From a virus (Duplodnaviria; Caudoviricetes), in the IMG/VR virus record IMGVR_UViG_3300035703_000098, positions 1-60,162 of that record: a DNA stretch of 60,162 bases; one strand, given 5' to 3'. Under the pieces are notes generated by a model. The model was not told where the DNA came from, ran no database searches, and saw only the letters and a list, made by a program, of their open reading frames with translations. The position numbers were made by a program, and so were the translations under genes. Below, one piece after another: positions 1-8,977 of the stretch. Position 1 is the stretch's first letter. Every line of letters starts with the position of its first letter.

Positions 1-127
1 GATCGCTGCCTGTTTGTTTGCGGCGAAACGGTCCACCGCCCTTGTTCGTCTCGCTTCTGATCTGGATCAAACGCATACCGCTCGACCGCCGGTTTCTTCG
101 TGGCTCCGTCCTGATACAACCACTTCA
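1..127. repeat. Terminal direct repeat, copy 1 (circular contig overlap)
   Basis: Bases 1-127 are identical to 60036-60162, and the reading frame of the giant gene continues across the join. 127 is a common assembler k-mer length. Confidence 0.95.
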
Positions 128-644
128 GGAACTGCCCGCGCGTCATCGCGACAAGGCTCCGCAGCCCCTTCCAGCCGGCCGAGTACGCTGACAGGTAAAG
201 TTTCCGGGCTTCGCCCTTCGATCGGCAGCCGAGCACAACCTTGTGCTCATCGAACCGGCCGCCAGGCGTCTGCTGGTTGACCACGAACACGACTTCGCTC
301 GATGGATGCGGACCGATGAAGCAGTCCACATGGTCACCGTCCGCCTCGCTCAGAGTGCGCCGGATGTAGCCGTAGTGTGCCGGCATCGTGACCGACCATG
401 CGCGACCCTGGCCGTCGCGACCGGATCGAACTGACCCCTTCGGGTTCTCGATGACCAGTTCCAGTCCCCACATCCAGAACCGGCCCTTGCGGTAGTTGCC
501 GGCCCGCTTCTGATCGTCGGTCGGATTGCGGTCTGTCTCTGCAGCGGCGTCGCTGATGCGTCCGGCGAGCGAATAGCGTTCCCGGCGGACATCATCGAAG
601 ACTGTCCGCAAAGCTCGCTGAAGTGTGGGCGATGCCGTGCTCAT
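1..644 (-). CDS. N-terminal part of the giant polyvalent protein: inorganic pyrophosphatase (InPase) domain. Joins 54170..60162 across the circular junction.
   Basis: Manual translation from ATG at 644: MSTASPTL...RRERYSLAG...AGNYRKG...IENPKGSVRSG...MPAHYGYIRRTLSEADGDHVDCFIGP...FDEHKVVLG...FLKWLYQDGATKKP. It is in frame with ORF 54170..60154 with no stop; an in-frame TAA lies upstream at 657-659. Confidence 0.88.
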   Translation of the reverse strand, partial: MSTASPTLQRALRTVFDDVRRERYSLAGRISDAAAETDRNPTDDQKRAGNYRKGRFWMWGLELVIENPKGSVRSGRDGQGRAWSVTMPAHYGYIRRTLSEADGDHVDCFIGPHPSSEVVFVVNQQTPGGRFDEHKVVLGCRSKGEARKLYLSAYSAGWKGLRSLVAMTRGQFLKWLYQDGATKKPAVERYAFDPDQKRDEQGRWTVSPQTNRQR

Positions 645-656
645 TACTGTTCTGCC

Positions 657-1004
657 TTATTCTGCGAGCACTGACGTCTGGAATTCGACGTGTCTGAACT
701 CAGTGACAGCACCGGGAATCCGTTCTGGAATGCAACCCGGCTCACAAATCGGAAACTCGTTACTGGCGATCAGTGCTTCGATGCAGCGACGCTCAAACGA
801 CACATTCACTGCGATGACGACACAATCCGGCGGCAGTTCGTCAGTAACCGGCAGCGCAAGCCAGTGCGGAGGATTTCGCCACCAGTTCAGGACATCAATC
901 AGAAATTCCTGCCTGATACTGATGATTTTCACTCGCCGCTCATCCACTTCGACTGAAGCAACTGAAGTGGCCAGCGTTGTTGATTCCGTGCTCATTACGA
1001 TCAC
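657..1004 (-). CDS. Hypothetical protein
   Basis: 115-aa ORF whose start overlaps the stop of the upstream gene, in the same direction as the operon. Confidence 0.7.
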   Translation of the reverse strand: MIVMSTESTTLATSVASVEVDERRVKIISIRQEFLIDVLNWWRNPPHWLALPVTDELPPDCVVIAVNVSFERRCIEALIASNEFPICEPGCIPERIPGAVTEFRHVEFQTSVLAE

Positions 1005-1432
1005 TCCTTGCGAATCGTCGCATGCCCGGCCCGGACCTGTTCTGCAGACACATCCGCATCAGGCTGGCCGTCACCGTTTGAATCCCGCCAGGCTCGCGCG
1101 AGGACTCTGCCGAGCGTGATTGAGTCTTCCAGCCGGCCTGTGGTCGGAATCTGAATCCGGACCGTGCTGCCAGGCGGAATCAGGCTGGCCAGGTGATCCC
1201 GCGACGCATAGCCCCGTCGCTTCTCTGCTGCGTCTCTCGTCCGGATCTCCGGTGCCCAGCAGTCGAGCAGCCGAACTCTCAGTTCCGTCTGGACAGTGAC
1301 CACAATCGTGTCCCCGTCATAGACCTCGCGGACAACAGCGTCCGTCGTGATGCCGCGCGGCGGCGCGGGATCATCCGCAAACAGGACGATGCCGGTTCCC
1401 AACACGGTCAACGCGAGAATGTGACGCATCAC
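1001..1432 (-). CDS. Thermonuclease (SNase-like) with signal peptide
   Basis: VYDGDT, RVRLLDCWAPE, GRVLA and VRAGHA motifs; hydrophobic N-terminus. Confidence 0.88.
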   Translation of the reverse strand: MMRHILALTVLGTGIVLFADDPAPPRGITTDAVVREVYDGDTIVVTVQTELRVRLLDCWAPEIRTRDAAEKRRGYASRDHLASLIPPGSTVRIQIPTTGRLEDSITLGRVLARAWRDSNGDGQPDADVSAEQVRAGHATIRKE

Positions 1433-1797
1433 GTGGCTCCCGAAAGGATGATTTCTGCCGCCGGATCGGCCGGAGTCTCAGCCGAGTCCGTCACCTTAAT
1501 ACAGGCAAACGGCATACACTCATCGGGAACCGGATACCAGCCAGCAGTTCCACCTGTGTCGATCGTCACATCTTCCCACGTGGAGAAGTCTGTGTCGGCG
1601 TTCGTTCGCCGCTTGATCACAGAGAACGTCCCGTCTGACCTGCCGTTGCTGCTGCCGTAGAACTTCAACACGGACAGAGTGGCCGGCACATAGATCGCGC
1701 TGGCCACTGGATCAAGCATGATCGGATCGCTGTCTGCAACAGCGGCGGCAACGGTGATTCCAGACTGAATCGTTTTGAGTCGTGAAATTGCACCCAT
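1429..1797 (-). CDS. Hypothetical protein, probable virion beta-sandwich protein
   Basis: 122-aa ORF coupled to the next gene; late-region position. Confidence 0.65.
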   Translation of the reverse strand: MGAISRLKTIQSGITVAAAVADSDPIMLDPVASAIYVPATLSVLKFYGSSNGRSDGTFSVIKRRTNADTDFSTWEDVTIDTGGTAGWYPVPDECMPFACIKVTDSAETPADPAAEIILSGAT

Positions 1798-1809
1798 GAT
1801 TGTTACCCG

Positions 1810-1950
1810 TTACCTCCGCACAAGGAAAATGCATCGCCGCCACGCACACGCGCGCATGAGTCTTTGCCGCCACGTCATGGAACCACCTCCGCCCCCGCCG
1901 CCGGGACCAGAACTCCCATCCCCAACACACAAGAGCATCCAGCCGATCAT
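1810..1950 (-). CDS. Small hypothetical peptide (46 aa, Gly run, basic C-terminus)
   Basis: ATGA overlap with the upstream stop; MIGWMLLCVGDGSSGPGGGGGGGSMTWRQRLMRACAWRRCIFLVRR. Below the ORF-track cutoff. Confidence 0.5.
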   Translation of the reverse strand: MIGWMLLCVGDGSSGPGGGGGGGSMTWRQRLMRACAWRRCIFLVRR

Positions 1951-2597
1951 GAGGCACCTCGGATCGGATCGTCATCGGCGGTCTTCGTCAGCGATCGAGT
2001 GCCAAGCGATGTGCTGCCGTCCGTCTTGTAAACGGTCAGCGTTGTTCCGCTGATGGCGAACTTCTGCGACTGCTGGATCAGGCCATACAGACAGGCCAGC
2101 GAAACCGCGTCGCCGTTTGCGGATGCTTCCGCGTTCGCGGCCGTTCGTCGCAACACAGTGTCGGCGATTCGCGCCGCCATAATTGCGGGAGTCTCTTGCG
2201 GGTCGAACTGAGTCAACCAGACGCGAGCTGTGGTCTGTGCCGCGTTGCTCGCTCCGCTGATGGTGACATCAACGTAGGTCGCTCCGGAAACGGCAAAACG
2301 GGCATCCGCAATCTGCAGTTCGTACAGGCCTGGATGATTCGTTCCATCGACGGCCTTGAAGCGGCACTTGCTAGCTGTTGGTGCCGCGAATGTGCCCAGC
2401 GTCGTGATGTCTTCCACGTTCCCGGCGGCAACAGTGTAGACAGTCGCCGTGGCTTCGTTGTCGGCAATCGTGCTGATAATCAATCCGGACGTGTTGTACG
2501 CCAGCCCTGTCTTGCCGGCACCGGTTGTTACTGACGAATCCAGAATCGGAATTCGCAGGACGTTCGATGTCGATGAGTGTTTGCGCCAGAATTGCAT
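1947..2597 (-). CDS. Putative virion structural protein (Thr/Ala/Gly rich)
   Basis: Start reassigned to ATG 2597 (TAATG overlap with the upstream stop); composition typical of virion proteins. Confidence 0.7.
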   Translation of the reverse strand: MQFWRKHSSTSNVLRIPILDSSVTTGAGKTGLAYNTSGLIISTIADNEATATVYTVAAGNVEDITTLGTFAAPTASKCRFKAVDGTNHPGLYELQIADARFAVSGATYVDVTISGASNAAQTTARVWLTQFDPQETPAIMAARIADTVLRRTAANAEASANGDAVSLACLYGLIQQSQKFAISGTTLTVYKTDGSTSLGTRSLTKTADDDPIRGAS

Positions 2598-3823
2598 TAG
2601 AGAAACATCCTGAGTGGGCTTTGTCGAAGATGATGAGGGAAGCAACCGCCTTCATCTGCTGCAGACCAGCCGTCGTACTCGCGAGTTCCGGCGGTCCCGG
2701 TCAGGCCGACGATATTGCCGGTGGGGTATTGGGTGTCCGTGCTGCCGGAACTGAATGCTGTCCCGTTCCGCGACAGAATGTGCGTGCTGCCGGACGAATA
2801 GTTTCGGATGACATCCCAGGCCGTCAGGGACTGTGTGCCAGACGTGTATACGAACGTCGCCGATCCACCAACGAAACGAGCAATCCGCCAGGTGTTGTCA
2901 GCCGGCCGGAAGTAACCGATGTAACCCTCATTCTGATCGGTCGTCGTTGACCGACGAATCCAGACACCAACGCCGGATGATCCGCTGTGACTGATGGCTG
3001 CCTGCGCCCAGTGATTCGAGCCGCTCAATGTGGTCGTGAATGATAGACACGGCCACGCACTGGCATCCGTGCAACGACAGATCGTGCCAGGATTCGTGAA
3101 CGTACCACGGCCCTGAGTCCAGTTGTTGAGATTGCCCGCGTTGAAATCATCGCTGACAGAAGTGTGAAACGCGGCCGGCAACAATCCTGCAGCCCGTAGA
3201 TCGGACGGAATCAGAGTGGTCGTCTGCGGGTCAGGAGCAACCCCGGTATCAACAGCGATTTCGTGGCACAGCCAACCCAGCCACTCCGCGCACAGTTGCT
3301 GACTGCTACTCCACAATCGACGCAATTCCGCATGAATGTGTGGAATCCACTTCGCGAAGGCGTGCGGATGGAGTCGCGTGAATCGTTCGCAGTAGACACT
3401 TTGTCCGAACAGCACAGTCAGGTAATAACCGTCCGGCTCGCGAGTCGGCCACAGTGGAAGAGTCCCTTCGCCAGCAGGATCAGAGCCGTCCAGCAGCGAA
3501 TAGACGCAGGCCCGCTGCAGCGTTTCGATTGAGTTCGGCAAACTGACGCGAAACATCGCCTGCCAGGCATCGCGTTCTGACGTTCCGAAGTCGATTTCGG
3601 ACCAGTCACCCACGCCGAAAACCGTGTAGTCGCTGGGGACGTCAACCGGATCGCAATCGAGTTGCCACAGTCCGCAGCCGCGTTCCGTCGCGCCATCGCC
3701 AGCGACTGCAGATTCACGCTGAGCGCAGTCCGACAAATCGAGCGTCGCCAGCACAGCCCCCGCATCTGGAGCTGACCAGCCGCCGTCTCTCATCTGCCAC
3801 GGTCCCGCGACAACGCAGCTCAC
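2597..3823 (-). CDS. Putative virion protein with C-terminal lectin/ConA-like beta-sandwich
   Basis: 408-aa ORF; C-terminal DDFN...W...G...TDT pattern; coupled to both neighbours. Confidence 0.6.
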   Translation of the reverse strand: MSCVVAGPWQMRDGGWSAPDAGAVLATLDLSDCAQRESAVAGDGATERGCGLWQLDCDPVDVPSDYTVFGVGDWSEIDFGTSERDAWQAMFRVSLPNSIETLQRACVYSLLDGSDPAGEGTLPLWPTREPDGYYLTVLFGQSVYCERFTRLHPHAFAKWIPHIHAELRRLWSSSQQLCAEWLGWLCHEIAVDTGVAPDPQTTTLIPSDLRAAGLLPAAFHTSVSDDFNAGNLNNWTQGRGTFTNPGTICRCTDASAWPCLSFTTTLSGSNHWAQAAISHSGSSGVGVWIRRSTTTDQNEGYIGYFRPADNTWRIARFVGGSATFVYTSGTQSLTAWDVIRNYSSGSTHILSRNGTAFSSGSTDTQYPTGNIVGLTGTAGTREYDGWSAADEGGCFPHHLRQSPLRMFL

Positions 3824-4131
3824 TGATCGGCCTCCGTGCTGCTGACCGCTTTCGTGCCAAACGCCATCCGGTCCAAAGCTCGATCAAATGAATCTGAAGC
3901 ACGCTGAAACTGCTTCGTCTGCTCCGCTTCCTGACGCTCAAGTTGCCGCTGATGTCCGGCCTCGATGCGTTCCACGGCTTCAAAGATCGCGGCACGTTCA
4001 CCGGGAATAACGCGTTCGCCAAAGTAGTACAGGCCGCCGCCAATAACCGCGATCAGCATCATCACAAGCACGTTGAGGAATGGTTGCCCGGTAAACCACT
4101 TTACCAGCATGCCCAGGCTGTCTTTCGACAT
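3820..4131 (-). CDS. Single-TM membrane protein with coiled coil (holin-like candidate)
   Basis: One hydrophobic helix (FLNVLVMMLIAVIGGGLYYF) followed by a charged heptad region; start moved to ATG 4131. Confidence 0.55.
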   Translation of the reverse strand: MSKDSLGMLVKWFTGQPFLNVLVMMLIAVIGGGLYYFGERVIPGERAAIFEAVERIEAGHQRQLERQEAEQTKQFQRASDSFDRALDRMAFGTKAVSSTEADQ

Positions 4132-4213
4132 GATTGTCACAATCCTGCTCCACCAGAACCACAATGACCGCCAGTGTCAGGCCTGCCCGCCATCGACTGA
4201 CAACCCCGCTGTA

Positions 4214-5851
4214 TCACTTCATGACCGCCTGCAGTTTTCTCGCAAAGTCGCGTGTCCATCGCTCGCTGCTGACATTGCCCCTTGACCACGATGCCGCCGG
4301 CTGACCCGGCTGGCCGTTCTCGCCTTCACCGACCAGACCATCTCCGTCGCCGTCACCGCCGAGACCCGGCCCGCCCTGCTGCGGATTGTTCTGCAGAACC
4401 ACGTCCTCACCGGTCGGCACGCCAGCCCCGATCGTCGCCAGTACGTCAGACTCTTTGATCCGCGCGCCCATCTGCCAGGCGGACATGTAGGCATCCATCT
4501 TGTCGCGCGCGTCAGGCGTTTTCGTGTCGATCTTGAACCGCACGTGGATGCCGGCAGCTCGCGGGAAATTGAATCGGATCAGCGGCAGCACAAGTTCGTG
4601 AGTGAGCGTCTCTTCGAGATTGCCGGCGTCGTACTCGATGATCTGGCTCAGCGTGTCCATGTGGATGTCGGCGACGCCGGAACCGAGTCCTGTCGCGTCC
4701 GCTTCACTGCTGAGCGTCTGGCCGAGGATGTACCGCTTCACGCGATGGCCGAAATACTTCTCCAACAGCTCCTGCAGTGCCGCGGCACCGGCCATGCCCG
4801 GCTCGACATGCCGCACGTCGAACAACGGCGCATCCTCTCCCTGAGGCTTCGGGAACATGACGATATTCCGGTTCGGCCCGGACCGATTCATCGCCGCTGA
4901 GCGACAAGCTGTCTCCGCCTCTTTGTTACCGAGCGGGTATTCCCAGATCTCGATGCCGAACGCAGACCGCTCCAGGTATTCCAGAAGAAATCCCAGACAC
5001 TCCTGCTTCTGGAACCACTCCCAATAAATCCGGGATCGGATGCCGACACCGTTGATTGCGCCGGAACCAAGCGGATCTTCGAACGCTGCGTCTTCGATCG
5101 AATGGCGATGAATCGTCATGAGCGGGCGCTGCCACTGCGGCAGGAAATAGCACATGCCCTGATTCGTCGGATACAGGTGGCTCCGCATCCGTTCCGGCAC
5201 AGTCGCCACGTTCACTCGCACGCCGACAGAGCCGAGCTGCTCGCCATCGACGTTCTTCACCGGGTACGAATCATCGTCCGGCGCGCGGAAGACGAGCTTG
5301 TCGCCATGGATCGGCGCCCAGCCTGGCAGTTCACATCCAGGCGGCTGCGACGGCATCGTGATGATCTTGCCACCCAGATTGACGCGCCGCCATTGATGCT
5401 GGACGGCATACCGGCCAAACCAGATGGCTTCCATCAGACAGCGACGCATCTCCGTGAATCGCCGGATGCGGCCAAGAATCTTCGTGAGTTGGTCACACAG
5501 TGCCTTCTGATCCTGCGATGACTCGTCTTCCGGTTCCAGGTGCCAGCCCAGCAGTGCCGTCAGTCGCTGGCGAGCCTCGATGCACTCCATCACGCCCACG
5601 TCATTCCGCATGAATCGGGCGTTTTCGAGCGAGTGCCGGACCGCCTCATCCGCCTGCATGTAGACGCGGGCCAATGCGCCGGTCATGCCCGCAAATGACA
5701 CGATGTGCGGAACGATCGGCTCGCCATAATTCGGAGCGTCCCCGGACAGCGACGCGGGATCAACCCGCCGCGCAGACTCCGCCAGCATCGCTTGCCGCAA
5801 CGGAGTGCTGGCCAGTGAATTCGGCGAATCGGTGACGGTCGGAGAAGCCAT
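4214..5851 (-). CDS. Portal protein, DUF935 / Mu gp29-like
   Basis: 545 aa; MEAIWFG, YLERSAFG, ILGQTLSSE and LIRFNFP motifs; downstream of the terminase. Confidence 0.88.
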   Translation of the reverse strand: MASPTVTDSPNSLASTPLRQAMLAESARRVDPASLSGDAPNYGEPIVPHIVSFAGMTGALARVYMQADEAVRHSLENARFMRNDVGVMECIEARQRLTALLGWHLEPEDESSQDQKALCDQLTKILGRIRRFTEMRRCLMEAIWFGRYAVQHQWRRVNLGGKIITMPSQPPGCELPGWAPIHGDKLVFRAPDDDSYPVKNVDGEQLGSVGVRVNVATVPERMRSHLYPTNQGMCYFLPQWQRPLMTIHRHSIEDAAFEDPLGSGAINGVGIRSRIYWEWFQKQECLGFLLEYLERSAFGIEIWEYPLGNKEAETACRSAAMNRSGPNRNIVMFPKPQGEDAPLFDVRHVEPGMAGAAALQELLEKYFGHRVKRYILGQTLSSEADATGLGSGVADIHMDTLSQIIEYDAGNLEETLTHELVLPLIRFNFPRAAGIHVRFKIDTKTPDARDKMDAYMSAWQMGARIKESDVLATIGAGVPTGEDVVLQNNPQQGGPGLGGDGDGDGLVGEGENGQPGQPAASWSRGNVSSERWTRDFARKLQAVMK

Positions 5852-5913
5852 TGAATCACTCTGAGGCTGCGCGCGAACGAAAAACGCAATGAGCCTCAGA
5901 GGGTCTTACGGAT

Positions 5914-5932
5914 CGACCACAATCAACAAGAG
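5914..5932 (-). promoter_or_regulatory. Conserved 19-nt motif CTCTTG(T/C)TGATTGTGGTCG, copy 1 (putative late promoter/activator site)
   Basis: 18/19 identical to 53935-53953; intergenic, upstream of the portal gene. Confidence 0.5.
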
Positions 5933-5943
5933 CGAACCGCAGT

Positions 5944-6822
5944 CTATCTCTGGACCAGCGGAACACGCCGACCACCGGGGAACAGAGCCACCGAACTGAC
6001 GCGCCGTACGAACTGGCTGGGCAACTGACTTTCGAACGCGCGGACCTCGCCAGTCCTTGCGTTCCGGCCAGTCACCGTCCGGCGGATGAAGTATTCACGA
6101 TAATCACCCGGCCTTCGCCGCCCGACAGCCTGACGAGGGACATATCCATCAGCGATGCCCGTCAGCTTGTAGTCGAACCGATGACCGCTGATCGTGCCAC
6201 GGATTCGCAGCCGGTCCCACACGAACTGGCCCTTCGAGTCTGCTGCGCGGAAGGCGTCGAAAATCAGCGGATGCACTGCAGAGTATTCGTATTCCGGACC
6301 GGGCCGGCCCTTCTGCAGAAAGCGCACAATCAACGTGCCCTTCGCCGGATCCATGTCATTCCAGCGGAAACCGATCGAATGCACGTTCGAAGACGTAACA
6401 GGGATCATCTCGCCGCGATAGATCGGGTCATCCGGATCGCCATTGAATCCGCGAATGAACATCGGCCGCCGCTCCGGCCGTCGCACATCACCGGTGTCAT
6501 CGTAGGCCGGCTCCGGGATGCCACCGGGTGGAACTTCGGAGAACGTGATTCCGCCTGCCGGACGTGATCCCTGCAATTGTGGTGCAAGGTCGGGTCGCAG
6601 AATCGCCACCGCCTGCCGCAGAGCATCGAGTTGGTCCCGCGTCGGACGCTGGCCCGGCCACAGTTTGCGCAGGAACGATCCGACTGGTCCGAGCGATCGA
6701 ATCAAACGGGTCCAGGCGGACTGAGTCTGCTGCGGAGAATTCGCCGCGTATCGCTCGATGCCGGACACGGACCGAATGATGGATTCACGCTGGCGACGGT
6801 TGCGATTGTAGCGGTCGAACAT
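5944..6822 (-). CDS. KTSC domain-containing protein
   Basis: MIPVTSSNVHSIGF...LIVRF...EYEYSAVHPLIFDAFRAADSKGQF matches the KTSC signature. Confidence 0.8.
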   Translation of the reverse strand: MFDRYNRNRRQRESIIRSVSGIERYAANSPQQTQSAWTRLIRSLGPVGSFLRKLWPGQRPTRDQLDALRQAVAILRPDLAPQLQGSRPAGGITFSEVPPGGIPEPAYDDTGDVRRPERRPMFIRGFNGDPDDPIYRGEMIPVTSSNVHSIGFRWNDMDPAKGTLIVRFLQKGRPGPEYEYSAVHPLIFDAFRAADSKGQFVWDRLRIRGTISGHRFDYKLTGIADGYVPRQAVGRRRPGDYREYFIRRTVTGRNARTGEVRAFESQLPSQFVRRVSSVALFPGGRRVPLVQR

Positions 6823-6825
6823 GCT

Positions 6826-8322
6826 TCACCTGACTCCCTGATTCTCCAGTCGAATGCCGTGCCGATACCGACTGCTTTCGTGCGACTTCGCGACGCGGTC
6901 GATCGTGACGCCGGACGTGACCGCCTCGCTGTAGAGCAGATACCGCAGACAATCTGCAAGATGGTCCTTGACCTTGAGCGGCTCGCGCGCCGGCGATCGA
7001 GGATTGAGCACGTTGGTCTTACTGCTTCGCACCCAGCGATACGTCCGCAGTTCCCTGATCAGATTCCGGCAGCTCTCATGGATGATCAGACCCGGCCCGT
7101 TGAAGCGGGCCTGTGCCTTCATCGCCAGCTGGACGTGCTCGATGCCGGCCCGGACGTTCTTCCGCGCGCCCTGGATGCTGATATTGTCGCAATGCGGTTT
7201 GTGCCTGCTGAGCTGTCCTGCCATCAGCATTGACGATGGATCGGCGGTGTCAGCCCACGTTGGCCCCCAGACCAATGTGTCCGGCTTCCAGCCCCAGTCC
7301 TTCGATCTCTGATCCACCAGTTCCAGATAATCCGGAGTCGTCAGACGGTCCGTGACATAGAGTTCGTCGTAAACCACCCAGCGTCCGGACGACTCGCGAT
7401 ACGCCCACAGGCAAGCGAATGGATGCTCACCGCCGGAACCCCAATCGATCGCGCGAGCATGGTACACACCGCGCGGGAATGTGATCTCCGAGTCCCCGCG
7501 AACGTGAGTGCGCACCGTGAACGACGGATAGATCGTGCCATCGAACGCGCCGAACTCCCCGATCTGTCGAACCAGCAGCATCTCCGGCGGCACCATTCCG
7601 AAGAAGTCGTCGTACCACTGTGCGGTCACATGCCCGGCTTCAAGCGCGCATTCCGTGTTCGCCCGATAGATGCCCCACGTTGGTGGCACACGATCCTGCT
7701 CGATCATCTCCTGCAACTCGAAACACAACTCAGGGTCGATCGGAGTGAACTCAGCCAGCTTGTTGCCGGTGTAGGAATACTCGCGGCATCCACGATACAC
7801 CTCCTGAAACAGCCCCCATGGGAATTGCTCCGTAAACGCGAATCCGCCGATCGACCGGGCGCTCATCTGGTTGAGCTGCTGCCGCCATGACTTGAACTCC
7901 AGCACCCAGTTCGCGCGCGGATTCACATCGGGCCGATCATGCGTGTACTTCGGCCAGGGACGCAGCGGCACCGTGGAAGGATGCCCCTTCTTCGCGTCGA
8001 GCCAGCTGATTCGCTTCCAGTCGATCTCCGATTCTGGAATGTGCCCGTGCCCCAGCAGTTTTTCCTTCCAGCAAGCTTCACATGACTGCACATAGGAGCC
8101 GGCCACGATCCAGAACGGAGTGTCAGGACGCGGAGGCGGTTGCTGCTGCAGCACGAACTCAGCCACCTTCGCCAGCATCGTCTCCGTAGTGCCCGCTCCG
8201 TTTCCGCCCAGGAGAAACGTCGGACCGGCATGCTGGCTGAAGAAGAACGATTCCTGCTGATCGTACCGGTCAGGTTGATCGGGCCGCGGAGTCCAGGCGT
8301 TCCATTCGCAGGTCGCGATCAT
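6826..8322 (-). CDS. terL: Terminase large subunit with non-canonical Walker motifs
   Basis: Degenerate P-loop GGNGAGTT, EFTP coupling motif, RNase H-like AIDWG, WADTAD and KDHLADCLRY; between terS and the portal. Confidence 0.88.
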   Translation of the reverse strand: MIATCEWNAWTPRPDQPDRYDQQESFFFSQHAGPTFLLGGNGAGTTETMLAKVAEFVLQQQPPPRPDTPFWIVAGSYVQSCEACWKEKLLGHGHIPESEIDWKRISWLDAKKGHPSTVPLRPWPKYTHDRPDVNPRANWVLEFKSWRQQLNQMSARSIGGFAFTEQFPWGLFQEVYRGCREYSYTGNKLAEFTPIDPELCFELQEMIEQDRVPPTWGIYRANTECALEAGHVTAQWYDDFFGMVPPEMLLVRQIGEFGAFDGTIYPSFTVRTHVRGDSEITFPRGVYHARAIDWGSGGEHPFACLWAYRESSGRWVVYDELYVTDRLTTPDYLELVDQRSKDWGWKPDTLVWGPTWADTADPSSMLMAGQLSRHKPHCDNISIQGARKNVRAGIEHVQLAMKAQARFNGPGLIIHESCRNLIRELRTYRWVRSSKTNVLNPRSPAREPLKVKDHLADCLRYLLYSEAVTSGVTIDRVAKSHESSRYRHGIRLENQGVR

Positions 8323-8945
8323 TCTGAATCCATCTCTGGTCCAGTAATCATTCCGCCGTTGATAACCGGCCCGCCGAGTCCCCTGCGTTCTTCCTCTCGT
8401 TGCAGCCTGGCCAATGTCTGTCGGCGCAGTTCGTCACGCCCGCGCCCGGCGATTCGGTCCGACTCATCCGGCTCCGCGTCATCAGCATCGTCTTCCAACT
8501 GTCCGACGCGCAACCCGATACCACAGTTTCGTGCGTAGACCGGCCTCCGGGCCTTCAGAATGAAGATCGCCAGCTGATCGCTGTATTCACGCTCCAGATA
8601 CTGCTTCTTGGTTTCTGGATCAATTATTGGCTCACCTTTGGCGTTGAACTTCTTCTTCACAACGCCCTGAAATGCGCGGCGCATGACCTCGCCTTCGAGC
8701 AGCTGCGTCGATTCTTCGATGGCCGCTTCGTAGGCCGCGCGATAAGTGGCAGACTTTTTCAACCAGCGGTCGTGGAGATTGAACACCGTGTGGTAGGTCA
8801 GATTCATCGCGCGAGCGGCATTGGCGATTGTGCCGACTTCAGGCAGCACTTTGAGGAATGCCTTGAGCCGCGGCGGGAAGTTGGCCGGATCTCCATCGCG
8901 ATCCTTGATTGATGGCGCTCCCACCCTCCGCTTCTGAGTGGTCAT
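8319..8945 (-). CDS. terS: Terminase small subunit
   Basis: N-terminal HTH (GTIANAARAM), LEGEVMRRAFQG and YSDQLAIFILKARRP; directly upstream of terL. Confidence 0.8.
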   Translation of the reverse strand: MTTQKRRVGAPSIKDRDGDPANFPPRLKAFLKVLPEVGTIANAARAMNLTYHTVFNLHDRWLKKSATYRAAYEAAIEESTQLLEGEVMRRAFQGVVKKKFNAKGEPIIDPETKKQYLEREYSDQLAIFILKARRPVYARNCGIGLRVGQLEDDADDAEPDESDRIAGRGRDELRRQTLARLQREEERRGLGGPVINGGMITGPEMDSE

Positions 8946-8977
8946 CGTGGCGACCTCCAGATTCAGTCGCCTTCAGG

